From NCBI GenBank assembly GCA_964016885.1, contig OZ024748.1, forward strand, positions 24,056,001-24,120,000: a DNA stretch of 64,000 nt, given 5' to 3'. Each line of letters begins with the position of its first letter. Position 1 is the first letter of the stretch. The position numbers were made by a program, and so were the translations under genes. The notes under the pieces were generated by a model that was not told the origin of the DNA, did no database searches, and saw only the letters and a program-made list of their open reading frames with translations. The DNA comes from Eledone cirrhosa. Its lineage: Eukaryota. Shown piece by piece: positions 15,064 through 27,693 of the stretch.

Positions 15064-15282
15064 GGAACGATCGACTTTCGTCAAATCGGACCGAGGGAAC
15101 AATGTTTCCGTTGGTCTTTCCAATTGCTAATACTATCTATCGGTCGCAACTCCAGGTAGAAGGAGCAACGTGAAATAATGTGTCTTGCTCAAGGACATAA
15201 CGCATCGCCTGGTCCAGGAATCGAACTCACAACCTTACGATTGCGAATCCAATTCTCTAACCACTCAGCCACACGCCTTCAC
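15064..15282 (-). mobile_element. Young tRNA-derived SINE (family D), nearly identical to 61429-61647
   Basis: Minus strand GTGAAGGCGTGTGGCTGAGTGGTTAGAG...GAGTTCGATTCC, then CORE-like GTCCTTGAGCAAGACAC. Confidence 0.9.
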
Positions 15283-15284
15283 TG

Positions 15285-15400
15285 ATATAGAAATTGCTTC
15301 TACAGGACTAGAACTGTTTCATTCGGTATAAATCATCAGGAAGCCCTGATGATTTCTCCCGAATGAAACAGTTCTAGTCCTGTAGAAGCAATTTCTATAT
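15285..15400. mobile_element. Fold-back element with hammerhead-like motif in both arms
   Basis: ~55-bp inverted arms; CTGATGA (15346)-stem-GAAAC (15365)-GTC (15377). Confidence 0.65.
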
Positions 15401-15424
15401 TAGATATTGAATCCGGAATAAACT

Positions 15425-15522
<98 letters not shown>

Positions 15523-16187
15523 CTGATTATGTTCAGCTTGTCGAAATATGGCGGCGACAACTTTGATTCATACTCAATGACATTACTTATTAGACTGCAG
15601 CCATGCTGGAGCACTGCCCCCATTTTAAGTTGATCATGTTGATATTAGTGTTTTTATTTTTATTATTTAAAGTCTGGCATTTCTTTCATCGATCACTTTT
15701 TTATCGAACCGTTTGGAAACAGGAAATAAATATAGACACAGACGCAAATGTAAACATAGACACACACAAACACACATATACACACACACACATATACACA
15801 CATACACATACACACACACATGCACGCACACACACACACACACGCGCGCACAGACACACACACACACACAGACACACACATCACATATACACACATACAC
15901 ATACACACACACACACATGCACGCACACACACACAGACACACACACACAGACACACACATCACATATACACACATACACATACACACACATGCACGCACA
16001 CACACACACGCACAGACACACACACAGACACACACATCACATATACACACATACACATACACACACACACATGCACGCACACACACACACGCACAGACAC
16101 ACACACAGACACACACATCACATATACACACATACACATACACACATGCACGCACACACACACACACACACGCACAGACACACACAT

Positions 16188-16272
<85 letters not shown>

Positions 16273-16347
16273 TTGCAAGTGTGATAACATTTACACCAAT
16301 TATCAGAATTTTATCAACTGGTAGTCGATCAGTGCAAATGTACTCAC

Positions 16348-17225
16348 TACCATCAACACCACACCCACATCATACCATCTTCCCATCATACCATCAACAC
16401 CACCCACATCATACCATCTTCCCGTCATACCATCAACACCACACCCACATCATACCATCTTCCCATCATACCATCAACACCACACCCACATCATACCATC
16501 TTCCCATCATACCATCAACACCACCCACATCATACCATCTTCCCATCATACCATCAACACCACACCCACATCATACCATCTTCCCATCATACCATCAACA
16601 CCACACCCACATCATACCATCTTCCCATCATACCATCAACACCACCCACATCATACCATCTTCCCATCATACCATCAACACCACACCCACATCATACCAT
16701 CTTCCCATCATACCATCAACACCACCCACATCATACCATCTTCCCATCATACCATCAACACCACCCACATCATACCATCTTCCCATCATACCATCAACAC
16801 CACACCACATCATACCATCTTCCCATCATACCATCAACACCACACCCACATCATACCATCTTCCCATCATACCATCAACACCACCCACATCATACCATCT
16901 TCCCATCATACCATCAACACCACCCACATCATACCATCTTCCCATCATACCATCAACACCACCCACATCATACCATCTTCCCATCATACCATCAACACCA
17001 CACCACATCATACCATCTTCCCATCATACCATCAACACCACCCACATCATACCATCTTCCCATCATACCATCAACACCACACCCACATCATACCATCTTC
17101 CCATCATACCATCAACACCACCCACATCATACCATCTTCCCATCATACCATCAACACCACACCCACATCATACCATCTTCCCATCATACCATCAACACCA
17201 CCCACATCATACCATCTTCCCGTCA
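16348..17225. repeat. 39/41-bp minisatellite
   Basis: (ACCATCAACACCACCCACATCATACCATCTTCCCATCAT)n. Confidence 0.95.
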
Positions 17226-17284
17226 TATCTCTAACAACAACAACAGCAACAACAACAACAAAGTACCTTAAATACCATCGTTAA

Positions 17285-17690
17285 TGGCGTAGGTGAATTG
17301 GCAGTATCGGTAGAGGCATAGTTACGTCCCTTTACGGTTTGAGTTCAAATCCCGTCGAGGTTAACTTTGGCTTTCATCCATACGGGGGTCGATAAAATAA
17401 AGTACCAGTAATGCACTGGAAAATTGCTGTCCTTGTGCCAAAAGTAGAAACAATTATAGCTATCACAACGGCGGGTGGATTAGCAGTAGCGGAAGAGCAT
17501 TGGACAACATGCTTTGCTGCATATAGTTTCGTCCCTTTACGTTCTGAATTCAAATCCCACCGAGTTTAGCTTTGCCTTTCATCCTTACAGGGGTCGATAA
17601 AATAAAGTACCAGTAACACACTGGGTCGATTTAATTGACTTTCCCCTCCTTCAAAATTGTTCGCCTTGTGTCTAAATCAGAAACCATTAT
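17285..17690 (+). mobile_element. Two tandem SINE A copies
   Basis: A/B boxes and core present twice; second copy flanked by ATTATAGCTATCACA duplication. Confidence 0.85.
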
Positions 17691-17714
17691 AGCTATCACA
17701 CTACAGTCGTAACC

Positions 17715-18790
17715 TCTACTATTACTATCAACACCAATACTATCACTATCTCTACCAACACTATCATTACCAACACCAAAACTATCACTGTCACTATCCC
17801 TACCAACACTCACAACATCAACACTATCGCTACCAATACTAGCACTACCGCCAACACTATCACTATCCCTACCAACACTATCACTACCAACACCAACACT
17901 AGCACTACCACCAACACTATCACTATCCTTACCAACACTATCACTACCAACACTAACACTATCACTACCAACACCAACACTAGCACTACCACCAACACTA
18001 GCACTATCACCAACACTATCACTACCAACACTAGCACTACCACCAACACTATCACTACCAACACTATCACTACCAACACCAACACTAGCACTACCACCAA
18101 CACTATCACTATCCCTACCAACACTATCACTACCAACACCAACACTATCACTACCAACACCAACACTAGCACTACCACCAACACTAGCACTACCACCAAC
18201 ACTATCACTATCCCTACCAACACTATCACTACCAACACCAACACTAGCACTACCACCAACACTATCACTACCAACACTAGCACTACCACCAACACTATCA
18301 CTACCAACACCAACACTATCACTACCAACACCAACACTAGCACTACCAACACCAACACTAGCACTACCACCAACACTATCACTACCAACACTAGCACTAC
18401 CACCAACACTATCACTATCCCTACCAACACTATCACTACCAACACCAACACTATCACTACCAACACCAACACTAGCACTACCACCAACACTAGCACTACC
18501 ACCAACACTATCACTATCCCTACCAACACTATCACTACCAACACCAACACTAGCACTACCACCAACACTATCACTACCAACACTAGCACTACCACCAACA
18601 CTATCACTACCAACACCAACACTATCACTACCAACACCAACACTAGCACTACCACCAACACTATCACTACCAACACTAGCACTACCACCAACACTATCAC
18701 TACCAACACCAACACTATCACAACCACCAACACTATCACTATCACCAACACTATCATTACCAACACCAACACTATCACTATAACATCCAG
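17715..18790. repeat. Compound minisatellite of 15/21-bp modules (CCAACACTATCACTA, CCAACACTAGCACTA)
   Basis: Direct inspection; all modules are multiples of 3, which explains the spurious long ORFs. Confidence 0.9.
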
Positions 18791-18875
18791 CATCCTCACC
18801 ACCATCACCAACGCCATAAACTACATAACTAACAATAAAACACAATAAAAGGTAATAAGCATCATTGTCCATTTA

Positions 18876-18996
18876 CGATCTGAGTTCAAATCCCGCCGAG
18901 GTTGACTTTGCCTTTCATCCTTACGGGGTCGATAAAATAAAGTACCAGTAATGCACTGGGTAATTGCTGGCCTTGTGCCTAAAGTAGAAACAATTA
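18876..18996 (+). mobile_element. 5'-truncated SINE A
   Basis: B box, core and tail present. Confidence 0.85.
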
Positions 18997-20538
18997 TCAA
19001 TAACAACAACAGCAACAACATCAACAACATCAACAACATCAATATCAACAACAACAACAACGGCAACAACATCAACAACAACTGTTAAACTATACACCAT
19101 TTCACTATAACAGCCTCTACCTTTGGTAGAGATTTCTGGGAAATCACCCCCACCCCCTACTCCCAAGAAAAATATAAAAGAAGACAAAACTCAAGACTTC
19201 AGTGCCAATGAAATTCCTAAACGTAGGTCTAAATAAAACATCCAGTGTCTGAAGGAATCAATATGATTACCAACGTGGACAATCACTGGGATCAACACTG
19301 TCAAATTTACAGAATCTGGAATGGGCCCATCGTCAAGACGCCCACTTTCACTGGTGCAACCTCAGTTTTAGGAGAAAAAAAGTTTATAAAAAACTTCTCG
19401 AGAACCCATCCAGAACATTCTGAAGTCTCCGCAAGGATCAAAGCCATGCGAATGGCCTCATCCTGATCTGAAAGCTGAGAAAAATTATAATTTGAATAAA
19501 TTTGTCGATGGCGGTCAACTGACAATCAGTTAAAATTATGTCCACAATGAAAAGAAAAATCGTTAGAGTTAGTGATAATTCTTGTCAGAGGCAAACGGGA
19601 CAAACCTAGGGTTAAAATTGATTAAACATTAAGAGGGTATTGTCATTTGTTTGAAGCATTTTGTAAAGTGTAGAAAATAGTGTTTTATTCGGAGGCTACC
19701 AGAAAGCAAATTGGATATTGATTGTTAAAAATACAATTTTAACAAAGATGTGATATTACTGTACAGCTGTTTATTGTTCCTTATATTTCGGGATAAAATC
19801 CCTTCATCAAAAGAATATTTGAGGAAATGTATTGGGAGCAAGATATCATGTGTCGCTCTTAAGCTGCCATTTTTGAATTTGAAAGTGGTGGCTTTTTCCA
19901 CCGCTAGAAGTGGTGAATGGAGCACCTGATTACGTGGTTGTGTCCGAAGCTGTGGTTAAAAATTGAGTACGCAGTCACATATACTCATTATAACACATAT
20001 ACAAACATTCACTCACATAACTAAAGTAACACAGATACGTACACAATAGCATGTACACAATAGCATGTACACACACACAACCACGTAATCTACAAGAACA
20101 CAAGCATACATACACAGACATCAACATAATTATAATATATATATATACTCTGTATGCATACACACATATTTACACATATATGTACATATATATATACACA
20201 CGCCTTTGCATTTACTGTCTACACACATGTATTTATATATACACACTTGTACATTCACTGATCTCATATATTGATGTACATATATACATGCACGTACATA
20301 TATACACATTCATTCAGATTCTCACACGCAGCCACATATATTCAAGCACGTGTATGCATATATTCAGACTAAGGTACGCATATATAAAAGATGTATACAC
20401 TTATACACACATACATAGAGTTATATGCACACACACACGCACACACAGACACACACACACACATATATATATGTATAAGGTGGTGCCCCAGCATGACCTC
20501 AGGTGGATGGCTGGAACGGTTAAAAGAGTATATATATG

Positions 20539-20616
<78 letters not shown>

Positions 20617-20736
20617 ACGGAAGAAATGTGGTAAGTAACCAGGTGGACCATAACGCACCAAAGTACTCAATACTTAGGGTAGGAACGAGTAGGACCCCGA
20701 AACGGCTTGAGCTCAGCCGTCGGGGTCCTACTCGTT

Positions 20737-20739
<3 letters not shown>
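20617..20739 (-). mobile_element. Fold-back element in (TA)n with partial hammerhead motif; same family as 61180-61360
   Basis: Hairpin GAACGAGTAGGACCCC...GGGGTCCTACTCGTTC enclosing GAAACGGC...GCCGTC; shared TGTGGTAAG.AACCAG.TGGACCATAA.GCACCA.AGTACT segment. Confidence 0.7.
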
Positions 20740-20793
<54 letters not shown>

Positions 20794-20820
20794 GCGTGCA
20801 CGTATACTTGTATATATATA

Positions 20821-20930
<110 letters not shown>

Positions 20931-21825
20931 AGTATACGTACGTGCAGATATATACACGTATAAACATGTATATATGTGTATACACGTATGAAAATATATA
21001 CATTTTTATGTATATATACACATTTACACATAAATACACGTATACACACAGGAACAGACTTACATGCACATGCACACACACATGTATAGGATTAAGTGCA
21101 CATACACTAAAACCTATAGAGTTACATGTACATATACACACATGCATAGACTTTTGCACATAGACGAGTGTAGAAAAAGCTCTTGTAAACACATAAACAC
21201 ATGTTTACTCATACATATGTATACATACTATACACATACTTACACACACATACTCATACGCGTACATAGACAAACTCGCAAACACATACACATACACACA
21301 CTCACATAGAACTACTGCAAATCTTCATTATTGTCGATAAAATAAAGTACCAGTAATGTACTGGGTATTTGCTGGCCTTGTGCCTAAAATAGAAACAATT
21401 ATTTTATTTCACCTCCTCCATTTTCACACCAACTACTGTTAAAGTGACCATAACTGACCACTCCTTCATATATCACTTAAGCCACACACACCGCCGCCAT
21501 AACCATCACCACCATCACTGCCGCCATCATCACTACTACTACCACCACCACCAACACCAACACTACTACTACTACCGCCACCACCACCCCAAAACCACCA
21601 CCACCACCACCACCACCACCACCACCACTGTAGGTAGGAGTGTAGGTAGGAGTGTATGTAGGAGTGTATGATATCAGAGCAGAGAGGGGGTAATAGTGAT
21701 GTTGTTGTTGTTGGTAGTGTTGGTATGTAAATGTGTGTGGAAGAAAGAAAGGAGAGACCGACAGGTAGTGAGAGAACCAGATAAATAGATAGATAGATTG
21801 ATAGATATATAGATAGATAGATATG

Positions 21826-23665
21826 TTTCTTTTATTTGCCACCAGGGCATCAACAGTGGGACAAGTACAAAGGGGGGAGTTTACACAAAAAGGCGTCCTC
21901 AATAAGGAGGAGGCAATAACAAAATATAAAAATAAAATAAGATATAACAAAAAATAAAATTTATAACAAAATCCTCAATAGAGAGGAGGCGCCTTGGGGG
22001 GTCGCACACACCCCCGAAAAAAGTGTGCAACCCTTTTCCTCAGGAGCACAGAGAGGGCGTGCTCCCTCGTTCCTTCCTCTTTTCCACCTACAGGCTTATG
22101 TAAAGAGAAGGCCCATTCACACGGGCCATTCTCGCCACTTTCACCCACCTTTCATAAAAACGACTGGGGTGGAGCACCTCTCTCTCCATCCTGATCCTTC
22201 TTCCGAAATGATATCGGAAGAAACGGACCAGTTGTTGGCCAGATGATCCTTCTTCCGAAATGATATCGGAAGAAACGGACCAGTTGTTGGCCAGAGAGAA
22301 AGGTGCCTGACCTCAGTCCTTTCAGACGCGTCCACCATACAACCTCTTTCGCCATGGCTATTACGCACAGAAACACCGCCTCTGCTTCATCTTTGAAGGG
22401 GGGAGGCGGCTTGATCATTACAATAGACTCGGTGGTCAACCGGATCGGTCCCACCCTTGACAGCAGTTGTTCGACATAGCCCCACAGATCGGCTACGCCC
22501 GAGCAGTGTACCAATGCGTGTGCAACGGTTTCCTCGTCGCACACGCATCTGGGACAGATCTTTTTGGCGGGGTCCCTACCCGGGCGCCCGTGTCTGTAGA
22601 GCCTTTCTCGAACGGGTAAAGCCCCTCGGTAGCACTGCCAGGCCAGGGACTTCTGGAAGTTGTCCATAGGTCCCGGGCTGAATGTCCTACCGAACAGGCT
22701 GGCCAGTTCGTCCTCCTCCATGTCTAGGGCTTTTCCGAGGGCGTCGTCGCACCTGCTGCGTACCAGCCCTCTATAGAATGTTGCAGTGGAGTCTCCACTG
22801 ATAACCGGATCCGCCTGCCAGAGGGCGGTGAGCGCCTGGGCACACTCAGTGTGCCAGGCGCCCAGTTTTCTCGGTCTTTGCTTGACCCAGGATTGCAGCT
22901 CGGTGAGTGAGACGAGTCTGGGAAAGGTTCGTCTCACAAACGAGGCCCACACCGGTTGTCCGGTGAGGAATACGTAGAGGTGCCGTAGCCTTAATGCGTG
23001 TTTACGCATCATTAGACACGGCATCCCCAGCCCTCCTTTCGAAGGGTGTTGACAGCAGATGGATCTCCTCACCATAGGAGCCCGCCTCTTCCAAAGGAAT
23101 TGGAAGAGCGCGCGCTCCATCTTGGTGAGGGTTTCCCTTGGGCAGGGCACTACGGTCAGGCGGTAGTAGATGACGGACGCTATATAAGTGTTCGCCACCT
23201 CCGCCCGACCTTTCAGGGATAGTTTGCAACTGGCCCACTTCTGGGTCAGTGCAAACACCCTGTTCGTAACCTCCGCCCAGTTTTTCTCCACCTGGAGGTC
23301 CGGTCCGAACCAGACCCCGAGCAACTTCACCGGGCCCTCCGTCCAGCGTCCGACGACGCCATCGGAGGGCATCGGTCTGCCCCTCCACGTGCCGAGTTGC
23401 AAACCGATCGACTTGTCCCGGTTCAGCTTAGCCCCTGTGAACTTTTCGTACTCCTCCAGTAAGGTGCCGACCGCCTCGATTTCGGAGGCCGTCGACACCA
23501 TTACTGTCACGTCATCGGCGTAGGCTGACACCGCTTTCCGCAATCCCGGTTCCAAAGGGATGCCCTGCAACAACTCCAACTTCCGCAGTAGTGGCTCGAG
23601 AGTCAACACATACAGAAGGGAGGAGAGAGGGCACCCTTGTCGGATGGACCGCGCGATTTTGAACG
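21826..23665 (-). mobile_element. 5'-truncated Tx1-like LINE (sister subfamily): ORF2 C-terminal half plus 3' UTR
   Basis: Translation [14 protein letters not shown]...AYADDV...CPRCVCDEETVAHALVHC closely parallels ORF2 at 27694-31131; frameshifting ~52-bp tandem duplication near 22194-22295; (GATA)n at the 3' flank. Confidence 0.95.
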
Positions 23666-24040
23666 ACAGATAGAGGGACAGGTAGAGGGACAGGTAGAGG
23701 GACAGATAGAGGGACAGGTAGAGGGACAGATAGAGAGACAGGTAGAGGGGCAGATAGAGGGACAGGTAGAGGGACAGGTTGAGGGATAGGTAGAGGGACA
23801 GGTAGAGGGACAGATAGAGGGACAGGTAGAGGGACAGGTAGAGGGACAGGTAGAGGGACAGATAGAAGGACAGGTAGAGGGACAGATAGAGGGACAGGTA
23901 GAGGGACAGATAGAGGGACAGGTAGAGGGACAGGTAGAGGGACAGATAGAGGGACAGGTAGAGGGACAGATAGAGGGACAGGTAGAGGGACAGGTAGAGG
24001 GACAGGTAGAGGGACAGGTAGAGGGACAGGTAGAGGGACA
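23666..24040. repeat. 12-bp tandem repeat (GACAGGTAGAGG/GACAGATAGAGG)n
   Basis: Direct inspection. Confidence 0.95.
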
Positions 24041-25156
24041 GGCAGACAGATAGACAGATAGAGAGACAGACAGAGAGACAGATAGAGAGATATATAGACA
24101 GACAGAGAGACAGAGAGAAGAGACAGGCAGACAGAGAGACAGATAGAGAGACAGACAGAGAGACAGATAGAGAGATATATAGACAGACAGAGAGACAGAG
24201 AGAAGAGACAGGCAGACAGAGAGACAGATAGAGAGACAGACAGAGAGACAGATAGAGAGATATATAGACAGACAGAGAGACAGAGAGAAGAGACAGGCAG
24301 ACAGATAGACAGATAGAGAGATATATAGACAGACAGAGAGACAGAGAGAAGAGACAGGCATACAGAGAGACAGATAGAGAGACAGACAGAGAGACAGATA
24401 GAGAGATATATAGACAGACAGAGAGACAGAGAGAAGAGACAGGCAGACAGAGAGACAGATAGAGAGACAGAGAGAAGAGACAGGCAGACAGAGAGACAGA
24501 TAGAGAGACAGACAGAGAGACAGATAGAGAGATATATAGACAGACAGAGAGACAGAGAGAAGAGACAGGCAGACAGATAGACAGATAGAGAGATATATAG
24601 ACAGACAGAGAGACAGAGAGAAGAGACAGGCATACAGAGAGACAGATAGAGAGACAGACAGAGAGACAGATAGAGAGATATATAGACAGACAGAGAGACA
24701 GAGAGAAGAGACAGGCAGACAGAGAGACAGATAGAGAGACAGAGAGAAGAGACAGGCAGACAGAGAGACAGATAGAGAGACAGACAGAGAAACAGATAGA
24801 GAGATATATAGACAGAGAGACAGAGAGAAGAGACAGGCAGACAGAGAGACAGATAGAGAGACAGACAGAGAGACAGATAGAGAGATATATAGACAGACAG
24901 AGAGACAGAGAGAAGAGACAGGCAGACAGAGAGACAGACAGGCAGACAGGCAGGCAGACAGGCAGACAGACAGACAGACAGATAGACAGATAGACAGAGA
25001 GAGAGAGACAGAGAGACAGAGAGACAGAGAAACAGACAGGCAGGCAGACAGAGAGACAGATAGGCAGGCAGATAGACAGAGTGAGATAGATAGATAGAGA
25101 GAGAGAGAGACAGAGAGATATACATGCAGAGAGAGAGAGAGAGGGGGGGAGTGAGA

Positions 25157-25202
<46 letters not shown>

Positions 25203-25208
25203 GAGAGA

Positions 25209-25258
<50 letters not shown>
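24041..25258. repeat. GACA/GATA/GA-derived ~85-bp minisatellite grading into (GA)n
   Basis: GAGAAGAGACAGGC anchor recurs at about 85-bp spacing, with shorter variants. Confidence 0.85.
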
Positions 25259-25260
<2 letters not shown>

Positions 25261-25743
25261 TATTGTATGTTGATGGGGGATGGTTGGTGAGATATAATTA
25301 TAACACCTTGCCATTGTAGGGGGCAGATATGTGTTAGTAGGGCTGTAATAAAAGGGAGTTTGTAAGGTAATAGAGGAGGTGTGTGTTGGGTTGGATAACA
25401 GACACAGATTAGCCAATCAATGGCCTTCAGAAATTTGGTCATGATCCCTGCTAAACAAACCCTTTCTTGCTCTATCTATTTATCTATCTATCTGTCTATG
25501 TCTATCTATCTATCTATCTCTCTATCAGTCGTGTGTCACTTCGCGGAGAAGTTTCCGTTAATTTATGTAAGGAAAAAACGTGAGTTTTTAGTTCAATTTT
25601 ATATCATTGTGTAACTTGACCACCCGTCTGGACCTTCAGGTGGTGGGTCAACTCATTTTCGCCCCTTCAGGGGCGGAATATCCATTTAAAAAATTTTTCT
25701 CCATCGAATCTTGGAAAAAATATTGTAAAATTTTGATTACGTT

Positions 25744-27660
25744 ATGAACGCTGCGTCCAACGATAATGGTGGTGGAGAGGCGGTAAGACTACAAAGCTCG
25801 CAGTCAACAACGTCTTCTTCACTAGATACTATAGAGATGGAAAGACAAAATGAAAATAAAAAAACGAATTCACATCCAAACAACACAAATGACACCAAAC
25901 AGCTCAATGACAACAAAAATAACAGCAAAACCAATAATGATGATAAAAGCAACAATGATAACAACAACAAAGAAAAAAATAAAGACAACGCCAATAACAC
26001 CAGCATCAAAGACAACAACAACACCAAGGAAAATACGGATGATACCAACATCGGTGACAACAAGAATAACAACAAGAATAACAACAATAATGACAACACC
26101 ACCAATACGGATTCCACAAAGAAACCAAAAATCTCCTTTGCGGAGAAAGTTCAAAAGAAAGAACAATTGATATATCTCGACATAACAAATGCTGAACACC
26201 TTTTAAAGGACGCTAAGAGATATGTCACCTTCGAAAAAAATGGTGCTTTCAGTATCAATTCTCCGGTAGAAATTCGCAAGGAAACTGCTCTCAAAACGAT
26301 AGTTTTTAGGACAGTTTCCAATTCTACCCGAAAACCAGTCCAATTGTCACAGAAAGATATTGAACTGGTTTTCAAAGATTCAATGAATGATATTGCATTC
26401 ATTCAAAGAAGCAAACTTTTTGGGAGTATTTCGGTACTGATGAAGGATCAATTGACGGCCCAAAATTACTCTGTGTCGCCAATTGTATCCAACCTGTACA
26501 CCTTTTTCCCTACATACATGGGAAAAAGGACACAAAAGATCAGAATCACAAGTGTCACACCAAAGGTGAACATATGGTGGATACTGTGCGGCTTCATCAA
26601 TTTTGATGAAGACAGAATACTGTCAGTAGGCAAGTCCCCCAGAGATGTATTCAATGGGACTAGCATTGAAGTTCTGGTGCAAATGAGCCCAGAGCGAATA
26701 GCTATGATCCCACAGCGTGTACTTCTGGACGGACTTACCTACATAAACCTTTCGGTTGAGGGTAGGCGGCCTTCATGTTACCATTGCTTTAGCAGGGGTC
26801 ACCTGAGGGCTTCCTGTCCTAAACTAATGAACCAAAAAAAGGCTCTTCTGCCAACACCCATCAAAACAACACAACCACCAACACCACCACTACAACAACA
26901 ACACCAACACACAAAAATAACCACAACAAACACAGTCCCACCCAACCTCACTCCACCTAAAACCACTGCAAAATCACATACAGACACAACAGCTCCCCAA
27001 GACATACCCCTCCCCAATCACACAGACGATACAACAGATGAGGCTATCTCGCCATCACCCAGTGAAGACGAGGGAGAACCCCATCGCTCGAAAAGAAAGA
27101 AAAGACATCACAAAAGCAAAAAACCAGCAAACACTACCACAAACATACAACCACCAACACAAACAACAAAAATATCACAAACAAAACCCCCACCTCCTGA
27201 AAACAAAATACCTACAACAAAACGAAAGCACACACAAGAACTACAGACAAAAACAAACACAACACAAGAAAATTACACTTACACTTACATAAACACTGAA
27301 AACAAAACACTAATGGAGACCATTACGAACGACCCTTCGGTTTTCACCGAAGGGAAAACTTTCGCCCACTCTATAAAAAATAGCAAAAAAATGAACCTAA
27401 AACTGATTAGGGTCCCTATACAAACTTATAGGTCCCTAAAAGAAACATTTGAGAAGGATGTGGGGAATTCCTGCGTGAAACCACTCAACCGCGTCCTTCT
27501 CAAATACCTCCCCACCCCAGACACCCCCATTCCACCAGACCCCACCCCACCAAACATCTGCGTCCCCACCCCGCCGGAAACCACCACCCATCCAGACAAC
27601 CCCTCCAACACCCCCATGGAAATCGTGCGGCCTGGTCCCCAGGAGGCGAAGGGTGAGTGA
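25744..27660 (+). CDS. LINE ORF1, gag-like nucleic-acid-binding protein, 638 aa
   Basis: CCHC knuckle CYHCFSRGHLRASC, Asn-rich N-terminus, Pro/Thr-rich C-terminus; lies directly upstream of ORF2. Confidence 0.9.
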   Translation: MNAASNDNGGGEAVRLQSSQSTTSSSLDTIEMERQNENKKTNSHPNNTNDTKQLNDNKNNSKTNNDDKSNNDNNNKEKNKDNANNTSIKDNNNTKENTDDTNIGDNKNNNKNNNNNDNTTNTDSTKKPKISFAEKVQKKEQLIYLDITNAEHLLKDAKRYVTFEKNGAFSINSPVEIRKETALKTIVFRTVSNSTRKPVQLSQKDIELVFKDSMNDIAFIQRSKLFGSISVLMKDQLTAQNYSVSPIVSNLYTFFPTYMGKRTQKIRITSVTPKVNIWWILCGFINFDEDRILSVGKSPRDVFNGTSIEVLVQMSPERIAMIPQRVLLDGLTYINLSVEGRRPSCYHCFSRGHLRASCPKLMNQKKALLPTPIKTTQPPTPPLQQQHQHTKITTTNTVPPNLTPPKTTAKSHTDTTAPQDIPLPNHTDDTTDEAISPSPSEDEGEPHRSKRKKRHHKSKKPANTTTNIQPPTQTTKISQTKPPPPENKIPTTKRKHTQELQTKTNTTQENYTYTYINTENKTLMETITNDPSVFTEGKTFAHSIKNSKKMNLKLIRVPIQTYRSLKETFEKDVGNSCVKPLNRVLLKYLPTPDTPIPPDPTPPNICVPTPPETTTHPDNPSNTPMEIVRPGPQEAKGE

Positions 27661-27693
27661 TCTCTTTTCCTCTTTTAACTTTTCAGCACCAAC

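Noticed and set aside
15200-15282. Functional tRNA gene
   Set aside because: tRNA-like head continues into a SINE body; no complete cloverleaf established. The same applies to the other SINE heads.
16348-17225. CRISPR-like regular array
   Set aside because: No unique spacers; plain tandem repeat in eukaryotic DNA.
17631-18872. Signal-peptide-like start plus a GSDSV-repeat structural protein
   Set aside because: Minisatellite of triplet-multiple units, open in several frames and flanked by SINEs; no independent coding evidence.
19245-19525. Host coding exon
   Set aside because: Short ORFs on both strands with no recognisable domain; may be a non-coding exon.
23666-25442. N-terminal half of the 1096-aa ORF 22152-25442 as a novel fusion protein
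   Set aside because: Chance read-through of simple repeats into a truncated LINE ORF2.
27653-27686. 34-nt intron fusing ORF1 to ORF2
   Set aside because: Too short, and the spliced product is out of frame with ORF2.
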